A stretch of DNA of 64,000 nt from Psilocybe cubensis (lineage: Eukaryota). This document shows, piece by piece, positions 1 to 10,006 of this stretch (within the stretch, counting starts at the first letter, position 1; every line of letters starts with the position of its first letter). The position numbers and the translations under genes are program-made. Location: NCBI GenBank assembly GCA_017499595.2, contig CM039010.1, positions 1,302,001 to 1,366,000 on the forward strand, read 5' to 3'. The notes under the pieces were generated by a model. The model did no database searches, was not told the origin of the DNA, and saw only the letters and a list, made by a program, of their open reading frames with translations.

Positions 1-286
1 GACCTAAAGAGTTGAAAATAAGACCAATTGAAAGATTTGATTGTGAACCTAACAGCAAAAAATCGATAAGAAACGCGTCTGTCACGGTCACGAGACCTTT
101 TGTCACTGTCCACACCTGTCAGTGAAGTTAAGCGCCGACAGCTTGACACCAAAAACTGGCTAAAGGCAGAGATTGCTAAAAAAATGCACATAGCTAGGAA
201 CCAAGGGAAAAAGATGCATTAGTGGCTTTTAGAAATACGAAAAGACCCTTTTTTTAGATGTACTTCAAAGTGGTCTCCACTGGCAG

Positions 287-1794
287 CATCAGGAAAACAG
301 GCGAGGAATAGAACAAATAGAACTAGCAAAAATATTTGATTATATTTAATATATTGATTCTATTTGTTTATTTGTCGAAATAGATCTAAGCCCTCTGATC
401 GGATTGCAAATCGACGTTTAGAAATATATGCCATGTCGGAAACTATTTCAACTGGTAGAAACGGCACTACAGGTATTTCTAGCATGCACTTATAGAGGAA
501 GTAGAATTTGAGATATAATCAAATAGAACATTGCTTGAATTGAATAGATTTTTACATTTTTTAAGCTTCACCGAAATAGTAGAGATAGAAAATTTATATT
601 TTGGTTAATATGTACTCAAAAACATTCATGTACTATGAGAATATCCTAAGAAAAAGCTACTATTCCTGGTTTCCTGGAAGGGTGGCATGAATTGACAACG
701 GGCGAGGATAGCTAGAAAGCTAATCAGGTTTTGCTGAAGCTACAATAGCACATGTCAGCGAGCAAGATCAACAAGAACAATAACACTCACAGCCTAGCAG
801 ACGGCGGCGGTGTTGTCTGTAGTTGTAGGAGTGGGGTAGTTAGGAAGGTGGAAGGAATGCACGTACCTCACTCGAAGCCGAGCAGAGATGGCGGTGGTGC
901 GATCTGTAATTGTAGGAGTAGGGTGGTAAGTTAAGGGAGGTGGAGAATGCACGTACCTCACTTGCAGCCGAGCAGAGACGGCGGTGGTGTCATCTGTAGT
1001 TGTAGGAGTAGGGTGGCAAGTTGAGGGAGGTGGAAGGAATGCACGTACCTTGTTGGCCTCCCCTCACGACTCTCACGCGCCCTTTGTCATGTTTACAGCT
1101 GCGGTGAACACATCGTGTTGTTGCATCAGGCGTCGTCCGAGTCGTGTCTTCATTGCGTTGCGACGGTTGTGCATACGTAGGAGATGGTGGTAAGTTGGGA
1201 CTTGTGTTGAACGTGAAAAACGCGGGATGGCTCACAAGTCGGAGTTTGAACATTTGATCGAAAAATTAAAATCGGATCACTTGTCGGGTGAATAAATATT
1301 TCGGCCGCGCCAAGGCCGCGGAGAGATGAATCCGACGAGTGCTCCTCCAACGGAGGAGCAATCCATACCCGCTGCACTTTGTCGGGGTCATTTTGCTGTA
1401 TCCATAGTTGAATCTTGTTTCGCATTCAAGTTGGTGATGAGTCGTTTATCGGCTTGATTTTGTGTCGTGACCGCGTTGTCGGGATAATTTGGGTGTTAAA
1501 CATTTAATAGTTTGTGTCACCTTTGTGGTGTGGCGGTTATGTCTGACAGTTGTAAAGACCTTTTTTGTAAGGTTACGCGTTCGATCCCGCACGAGCGACG
1601 TTTTTCTGGCCTTGATAGAAGTATAACTCACCCCTGTAAAACATGGAAAAAAATTCGTTGAATAGGATTTGATAGGAAATTTTCATGTAGTTGATAACAT
1701 TTAGAGAAAAATTGTTAGATAGAAAATGGTACATTATGTGGACTATCCCTTCTATATCTTATATCTCTTCTAATCCTCGCCTGTTTTCCTGATG
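287..1794. mobile_element. Non-autonomous TIR DNA transposon (~1.5 kb)
   Basis: CATCAGGAAAACAGGCGAGGA at 287-307 is the exact reverse complement of 1774-1794, with imperfect extension inward (TAGAA). Both ends are flanked by AG (possible 2-bp TSD). No recognisable transposase inside. Confidence 0.75.
791..1050 (-). repeat. Three tandem ~85-90 bp units, each an intron plus microexon on the minus strand
   Basis: Units start at about 791, 876 and 966; a partial fourth copy lies at about 1177-1202. The minus strand reads AG|GTACGT...ACAG in each unit. Confidence 0.85.
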
Positions 1795-2031
1795 AGCCTA
1801 CTAGCAAAACAGGTTTCAGTGCCAGGTTTGCGGCATGGATGACATATGTTCATGACAGATCTTACATGGTGGTATACTATCTACTGTAAAAATCAGCCGC
1901 CACAGACACCTCTGGCTCATGTATAGCCTGCCAGAGGTTCTCAGATCAATAGGCCATGGCTCAGCTCGCCAGGCTGTTCCCGGACACCATCGACTGACAG
2001 CGAAAATGAATCTAACATATTTCTAATTTTA

Positions 2032-2393
2032 CAGCTATTTTCATATCGATAGGCCCAACCTTAGAATATATTCATACAGTCGGCCTTGAATTTTTGCGTA
2101 ACCTAGTTACATAAGGAATGCTCCGATGTTGAGTTTATATCAAACTATGGTACAATCTGGCAGCAAAGCATCGACATACCTTTCAAGTTTGAGAAGGGAA
2201 TGGCTTTAGGGTTGCTGCTAATGTGGTGGTATTGATCTTAGTTCTCATAGCTCGACTTTTTGTAAATACTCATTGACGATTTTGCGAGTTTCCGTGATTT
2301 TGCCGTCTTCAGATTTTATGTTCCGCTCAATAAAATTCGTTGTTCGTGTATGTGTAAATTTAGGGAATAGGTCTATCGATATGAAAATAGCTA
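2032..2393. mobile_element. MITE, Tc1/mariner-like (TA TSD)
   Basis: AGCTATTTTCATATCGATAG (2033-2052) is inverted at 2373-2392, and the imperfect IR extends to about 50 bp. Flanked by TA at 2030-2031 and 2394-2395. Confidence 0.7.
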
Positions 2394-2623
2394 TAAAGCC
2401 TGTTTGGTAGCAATCGACGTTTAGTAATTGACGTCGTACTAGCTGCTCACGTTATATAGGTCATTGTCGATATCGTTAAAGCCGATTCCCGAATACACCG
2501 TTCTCGCCCCGAAGAAGGCTTTTATCCCCAAATTGTACTTTCTGGGCGCTAAAATATTTTCAGCTCAAATAAGAAAGGCTTAGACAGTGGGAGAAAGGGA
2601 AATGCAAGAGCAAAAAGACGACT

Positions 2624-2695
2624 TAGCAGCAACTCGTTTCGATCGAGTGACCTCAGGGTTATGAGCCCCGCGCGCTACCGCTGCGCCATGCTGCT
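2624..2695 (-). tRNA. Initiator tRNA-Met (CAT)
   Basis: Minus strand AGCAGCATGGCGCAGCGGTAGCGCGCGGGGCTCATAACCCTGAGGTCACTCGATCGAAACGAGTTGCTGCTA: A1-U72 pair, CAT anticodon, initiator-type GATCGAAA T-loop, and a TTTTT terminator 8 nt downstream. Confidence 0.97.
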
Positions 2696-3094
2696 TGTGC
2701 ACTGCATCATCCCCGCCTGTTTATCCGGACGCGGCTGAGTCAGTTGTCATAATTAAGAGCAAAAGACACTACACTATCCTTAAGAGAAACTATATAAATC
2801 ATCAACAATTGTTGTATTCCTCACATGAAGATTCTGGGCTGAGAAATTTGTTCTGAATCTCCGACATTCGGCTCCGAATTGAAGAGTCCGCCGGCCTACT
2901 ATTAATATGCATAATTGATCCCACCAGCCAGGCTCGAGGGTCGCATCTCGAGTCCGGACTACCTAAATAAGCCCAAATTCCCGACAACCGTGGCGCAGAT
3001 ATCTCCACAACTCCGCGAATACTTGAACAGATCAAATCAGAGATTGGCTCTGTCCAAAAAATTCCTCTTCGGATGTGAAAAGTAATTGTACTGA

Positions 3095-3482
3095 CACGTC
3101 GGGATATTCAGAAAATAGAGTTCCCACGAAGTAGGTAATCAAACGTTGCAACATACTGGAAATATATTGGAGCCGTCCATGTTCACATTCATTTGGAATA
3201 TAATGCTATCAAATATATCAAGTTTCTTATCACATACAAAGGTGCTTTATATTTTAAATTGAAAGGAACCTCATATCAGTAAATACCTGCCATTTTACTG
3301 ATATGAGGTTCCTTTCAATTTAAAATATAAAGCACCTTTGTATGTGGTAAGAAACTTAAAATATTTGGCAGCATTATATTTCAAACAAATGTGAAAGACG
3401 GATGGCCCAATATATTTCAAGTATGTTGTATCATTTGATTACCTACTTTGTGATAATTCTATATTCTGAATATCCCGCCGTG
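3095..3482. mobile_element. Foldback (fully palindromic) MITE, 388 bp, CACG...CGTG ends, TGA TSD
   Basis: Two ~189 bp inverted arms around a 10-nt loop (3284-3293). TGA flanks both ends (3092-3094 and 3483-3485). Confidence 0.9.
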
Positions 3483-3741
3483 TGAGGATGAACTGAATGC
3501 CCATCTCCAAGAGGTACGAAAATGTCCGAGATGTGTCCAGACACAATTCAATGCCATGAGAGCACATAAACTGCTACGGAATCCTTCGATTGCAGTGTAC
3601 CTTTCGGGGTTTGTAAACATACATGCTTCTTGAACTATTTGTACTCCTGTTAGAATGATATCTGCGCAGAGCATGAGCGTGAACCATAATGATCAAGATC
3701 TGTAAAGAAGAAACACGCAGATCAAATAGCTATAATCGTCG

Positions 3742-5227
3742 CTAATCATCGTCGCCACTTCGAAGAGCGCGAGGCCTTGTTAGTACTTGAGCAGTACGAA
3801 CTGGATAATAAAAGCAACTCACTCTGGCGTCGGACTCCTTCTACCGTCAGAAGCTGGCCTTTTTCGCCTCCTCCTCTCAGATACACGAATGTTAAGTCGG
3901 ACACCCCAAAGCGACAAACGCTGTACATAGACATAAATTTGTTAAAGCGTTGCAAAATGAAGAGGAGATCCCAAGGGAAATTACCTTGGTTAATTCTGTG
4001 GACGCTGATAGTCCCGGAAATTCTTTCGTCGAATAGACACGGAACATCCCTCCATAGCATTCAGAGGAAATGGCAAGGTCGTTGGTATTACTGTACGGCC
4101 GGGCAAAAATATCGAAGGCGCGATAGCGGAGGATGAAGTAACCTTCAATCTTGACAGCCAGATCCTTCAAATCTGATGTCAGTTGGCTCAAAATATGGGG
4201 CAACAACAACTACGAACAGCGAAGACAAATATTATCGCCTTGCTGCCCTGGTAATCCATTACCACTGGTTGTACAAAGGTCGCACCCACAAGCGCTTGTG
4301 TTTGCTTCGAATTTTCAGTAATCGGATAACCATCCACATAGTGAACTATATCCGTGGATGCATCTGAAGGCATCATATATCCAGAAAAGTGACTTGGAAG
4401 GCCCTTTGAAAATCGGCTATACGAAGAAGAGGCGCCAGGAGTGGGGCTATGAGTGTATCCATGTGTCTGTTGAGATTGTTGACCATAAGGCGAACCTGAT
4501 GGTGAAGATGGTGAAGGAGATGAAGACACAAATCTGCTATGTGTCGCGGGAGCCGAGGATGTTTTGCCACTGTGACGGGGGCTCGTATGCTCGGCTAATG
4601 AATCCGGACCAGGTACCGGAAACAAATCTACTGTGCAGAGTAACCCAAGGACTTGGACATCACTAGTGAAAAAAAATATGTGTAACATAGGTTAGATATC
4701 TTAGACGCACAGATAATTGAAGCGGTAGGTTTCGGGTGAACAAGCCGCAGCGTAACGGGAGTGTAACTCAACTCGTATTCCATTTCTTCTTCTTGTTCTC
4801 TATCAGTACCAGCGTTGTGCACCTCGAACATCTTGAGCAAAACTACGGGTGGGGGATCGAGAGGCCGTCGATCGACCCTCGCGTATCTGAATATGCCAGT
4901 GCCGAGTACCTCATCCATTAACTTGGAACATGAGTATTGCAAAAAAGAGAAAACTTACTTTCGACCAAGATCAGCTTTTTGAATTTCATGAAGTTCCGTG
5001 CGTATGGTTCGGCCGACATAGGGGCCCGATTGAAAATATATTGGGCGCCCAATGAGAGCTGTCCCTCTCTCTGGATGAAGCACCGCCCTTCCTGAAGGGG
5101 GGGACAACAAAGGGGATGGAAGCCCCGAGTTATGTTGCCTAGTACTAGTATACGAGGTCGACGGTGCAGCCTGAGGCTGAGAGCTCGATGCAAGTGGTTG
5201 GGTGTTGAGTTGGTACTGGGAATACAT
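3742..5227 (-). CDS. Velvet-domain regulator (divergent Agaricomycete type), multi-exon
   Basis: Spliced motifs ELHEIQKADLGRK|YARVDRRPLDPPPVV, LLCTVDL, QALVGATF, IFVFA|DLAVKIEGYFILRYRAFDI, FRVYSTKEFPGLSASTELTK, GVRLNIR. The last exon is uncertain (alternative acceptor near 3700). Confidence 0.9.
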
Positions 5228-8010
5228 ACTTAAGACTTAGAGGTGGTCGAATCAACGACTGAGTGACGGAATGGTACGCGTTCAAAGAGAAAGAAGTGGG
5301 GGAGTGGTATGATTTATAGGTCGAACACGTCGTCCTAAATTCATTCCTTATCAACTGTGGTCGGTCATCAGGGAGTGTGATCCACAAATGAGACTCACAG
5401 ACTACAGGTAACAACTAGTTGGAACCGTCATAAACGATCTGCAGTAGTCTTGGGGAGCTGGGTTCCGGGAAGAAGGCGCCACACTCCCATTTATCGGATA
5501 TCGATTTTCCTCATGTGCCGGATTCCGTCAGATCAGTTACTTCCCCATGTGGCTAAAGAACCGAATTATCGGGAGCAGCGGCACACAATTCACAACATTA
5601 TTTATGGATGATACTCCGCCATCTGATATTCCAGGGAGTTATCCAGAAACAATGTCGATGAACAAAATTTTATGAGGGACGATGAATATATTTTTTGACT
5701 GGTGTTGTTAGCCTCGTGTTATACCCTCAATACTTCTCCTTTTTAGAGCCCTGGAAAAGATTATCCAGTTCATTGCCAGTCTGAGGACACTTCCTTTCGA
5801 TCATGCATATTAAGAGTCACCCCTTTGCCACTTAGAGTTTGTTTGACATCACGGCATAATAAGAACGTTCTATCACGTTTTGGATGCTATGTACCAGTGG
5901 CTGCCGCGAAATAAAAAAGGATAAAACAATTTTGACTTCAAATTCTCTTGCTAGTTTTCGTTCAATGCCCTGATCAGTATACGAGTTATCCACGGAGTAA
6001 CGTACAGACTAACGTTGTCTATTCAATCTCGGAGTCCTTTCGACCTCGTGAGCATAACGATATACCTCGCAGAAACTGATGCACACGATTAGAATATCAT
6101 CACGAGTGCGTCTTAAATATAAAAAGTAGCAGGTCGGCGATATGATGTCGGATGAAACAGCGGAGACCTGCCAAGTGTCTACTCCAAGGGTCCTCATGTC
6201 GTAGTGCAGAACTTCGGTCTTGCCCAAATCACACGAAAATTAAGTACAGAACTGCTCGAATAGTCCCACCCTGCCTGCGTAACCTGCGAAACTGATGGAG
6301 TGTACTTGAAAGAATGGGAAAGAAACCGTGGAGAGGTTGTACTCACCTTGGCACCATTTTATTAGCATATCTACCACAAGCCCGCTTCTAGAAATCGTGG
6401 AAGTTATCATACAACCCAACAACTGACACGGATGAGTCCAGAGAAATCCATCGATAAAGCGAAACTATAAGAACCCTTCAGCGAACACTGACCTTTTTTA
6501 ACGGGCTTCGTGTATTCTTACAGTGGTTCTCTGTCAAAGAAACTACATGTAAAATAGTCTGAAGTTATATGAAACTAAATACGTACAGAACATTGCCAAA
6601 TACTGGTATCCGAACATCACCGTATGGATTTTTTGTGGTAGTTGCACCCGCGATGCCCAGCATACCCAACATGAACGATCTGCTATATGTCCTGTACAGT
6701 CAATATCTAAAAATGACAAGTTATAAAGCAAACGCTCTCACATCTTCCCGCCAAAGTCTAATGCCCTTCAAGCATGCTACGAAGGGTAACGAAGGTTCTA
6801 TACCGGTTGATTTCATTATCAGAAAAAACTCTTCAGTTTTTGTACCAAGAAAGTCCACGGAGCCACAAGCAAGGGAGAAACCGTAAGTATGGACTAGATC
6901 ATTATGAACCCGTTCATGAAAAAAGCAAGTTTGTTTGCATTTTTGGAAAGTCTGACCCACCCAATTTAATATATTTCGCATGCCTAACGGCAATGCGCAG
7001 GACATATATAGAACTCACTCACGATTTTATTGGAGACGGCAAGCTTAAAGATTTGTCGCGGCAAGGTCGCGGTCTGGTCGTTACCACTGCTCACGTACAG
7101 TTGTTAAAGAGCTATCACACTGGATAGAGTGTCAACATGAATAGGTAAGGGTCCAAGGGATGGAGTATCCACCTGAAGACCGTTAAGGTGAGGGAAAATC
7201 TGTCTTTAGGTGCTTGGGGCATTCTTACCCGTGAAGTAAAGAGGGATGCTTTTCAAGCGTAAAGTTTTGTCGGCGGACGTAACGAGTGTGTCGATAACAA
7301 AAATACTGTGCCCGAGTTTCTTGACAGACCCCCTGAGTAATGCCTTCCATGTTATCAAAACCTGTATCAGTATACTCGTCCCTTATTCGAAAGAAGCGGT
7401 GTTCCGATTACATGATATTACTTCACCTTCTGTTCAATCCTACACGCCTCTGTATGGTGCCAGTGGTTCCGCAACCGAATAGGTTCATCACAATAGTAGA
7501 CTTGGACGCCACTTGAATACGATGAAGAGAAGTGGCTTATCAGCCAAAAACTTCGGTCATAATGACAGAGAAACCATGCTCAGTCAGACGGACAAGAAGA
7601 AAGCATGCCCATCGAAGAGTCTAAACTTCACAAGAATAAGATATGATGCCGTCGGGAGAGGAAGCTCATAATAAGAGAATTTGCGGTCACGATCATGGGG
7701 AGTTGTGCACAAGAGACTAATGTAGAGGTTAACCCATGCACGCAATGTAGCACAGATAGTCTATAGGTCAGTCTTACGCAAGATATGACGTCTTTCCGGC
7801 CTGTCTTTGACTTCTTAGAGTTAGGATCCATAGGGAAGAGAAAGGAAGAACACTGAGCATGTTGATGTGAAACAGAACGCGAAGACAGGTTTCAAAGATA
7901 CAGAACCGGTAAGTTGCGTGTTCCAAAAAAATTGAGTATGCTTTCATCAACCGTATTTGGGCGTGATATTTCCAGCCGACAGGAGGCGAGGTGGAGAGCT
8001 GGTCGTGCAT

Positions 8011-9183
8011 TTAATTCGAGGCGGCCTCTGCAAAGCGTCTCTCGGCTTCTTCGAAGTTGATGACGTTCCAGATGGCATTAAGATACTATCAAGAAGATTA
8101 ATAAGTGATTGCCGATTGTTAAAGAAATACCTACATCTGGCTTCACGTTTTTGTACTATTCGAATTGAGTATGTCAGTGCAAAATTGTAGGTACATACAA
8201 AAATTTTCAGATACCTGAAGGTAGAAAGCCTGTAATGAAATGAAAGTATAGTCAATATAGTCATTCAATGATAAACATAGAGGTACTAACGTGCTCCCAG
8301 ATATCAATACCAATAATTGGGACATGAGCTACAGGAATTATAATCAGTGATTGCTTTTTATGTGGTTCGATCAATACGCACACAAGAGGGGATCCTGGTT
8401 AGCCGTAGTCACGATCTCGAGTTTCTTGGTTGCCGAATCGTATCCCTGGGACGATAGCGGCGTTAGAGAAGAAGTTGCGGTACAATTCTTGCACAAGCCT
8501 AAAAGAACGAGAACTCACGAGCCAACCCCATCCACTGCCTTGAATCGCCGCTGTTTTCGCGTTCATGGCCTTCTTGAACTCTTCCACAGAGCCAAAGTCC
8601 TTAATAAGAGCCTTCTCAAGCTGGCCACCCGCAACGAGCTTGCCTCCACCCTGATTTGTAGGTGCAAGATTCTTCCAGAACAGGGAGTGGTTGATGTGTC
8701 CTATAGCAAAAAGGTAACTAGCTTAATTTCTGGGACAGTCGGCCTCGGGTCGGATGTAAACAACTTACCTCCACCGTTGAATTTCAAGGCATTCTGCAAT
8801 GAGATGCGTTTTGCGGTGGAGTCAGTAGCAGCATATGCCTCCTCAGCCGCGTTCAGACCGTTGACATAGGTCTGATGATGCTTAGTATGGTGCAAGGTCA
8901 TAATTTCTTCGGCGATATAGGGTTCGAGAGCCTGCGAGCATGTACAAAAAGATGGAAGTCAGCACACATAGAATGAGCGCGAATCTAACCCCCTAGATAT
9001 CTCAGCCCCTTTATCAGGCTCTTTGTAAAGGAAGTCGATGGAGTCCAATGATGCAGAACGCGAACAACAATGACTCACATCATATGCATACGGCAAAGGT
9101 GGAAGAGTATGCTTGAATGCCTTTCCAGCGACAAAAGTCCTGGCAAGTGATGGCCTTAAAGCAGATCTGGCAATAGACAACAT
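8011..9183 (-). CDS. SOD2: Mitochondrial Mn superoxide dismutase
   Basis: Presequence [12 protein letters not shown], then [71 protein letters not shown] (15- and 21-nt microexons). Confidence 0.97.
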
Positions 9184-9334
9184 TTTGCGGGAGTAGAAAG
9201 ATGGTGGTTCAAATTTGAGAAACGAAACTACCAACGCGCGGTCGTTGGGAGGTTGCTCCGAGCGAACACACCCGGCCTCAACATCGTCATAGCTTATGTC
9301 ATTTTCTGCTGAGCACGTGATTATGGATAGATCC

Positions 9335-9415
9335 CGTCGCGTCGCAGGTCGCGGCCAAGTCGCGGCGCCAGGCTGTTAGGCTTCCTTTACTCCTTGTTTA
9401 CTCCTAGTTACTCCT
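9335..9415. promoter_or_regulatory. Repeated short motifs upstream of SOD2 (GTCGC x4, TTACTCCT x3)
   Basis: Seen directly 150-230 bp upstream of the SOD2 ATG; function inferred from position only. Confidence 0.35.
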
Positions 9416-10006
9416 AATACGCATAATACACCAGTTCCCAGTGGCGCTCCGTCGTTCTTGATAAGTAAAGGAGCTATGTTTATGCTGAGAATTGTGTTCT
9501 ATCTTTGAGATACTACTTGTCCAATAGTATCATCAGTGAGCTCAGTACTAAAATCTTTACTCCACCTGACTTGGAAGATCGTCATGACACTCAGGCCAGT
9601 AGTACGACGATGTAGGGAGCTAGTACTATAGTAATCAAAGCCGTTGAGGTTTACTTACGATTCTGTCTAACAATAAGTTATATTTAGGTTGAATATCACA
9701 TTAGCATGAAAGGAACGATATGTGCATAACTAATTGCTAATTATTACATGAATATGCGGAGGTATATGCTGGTGTACATTTGGAATAAAAATACAGATGC
9801 AGCAAGTACTGCATTCAAATAGGAAGGCCCTGCCACAATAATAGTACAGAACAATACGTCTTTGTCGTTGATGAATAGAAAATGATGTATATCGGGTAAT
9901 AGGTTTGTGCCATGGGGAGGGGGAGGGGGGGGGTATCCGAAAGGAAAGATAAATGGTATGAAAAAGAAGGAATGCCAACGGCAAAAACAGCAAAGGTGTC
10001 AAATCA

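Noticed and set aside
791..1050. Repeat array as a CRISPR
   Set aside because: Eukaryotic context, no unique spacers and no cas genes.
8351..8869. 172-aa plus-strand ORF
   Set aside because: Antisense to SOD2 exons.
8990..9020. TAAAGGGGCTGAGA in the SOD2 intron, resembling TPP or Mn riboswitch fragments
   Set aside because: The remaining conserved aptamer elements are absent.
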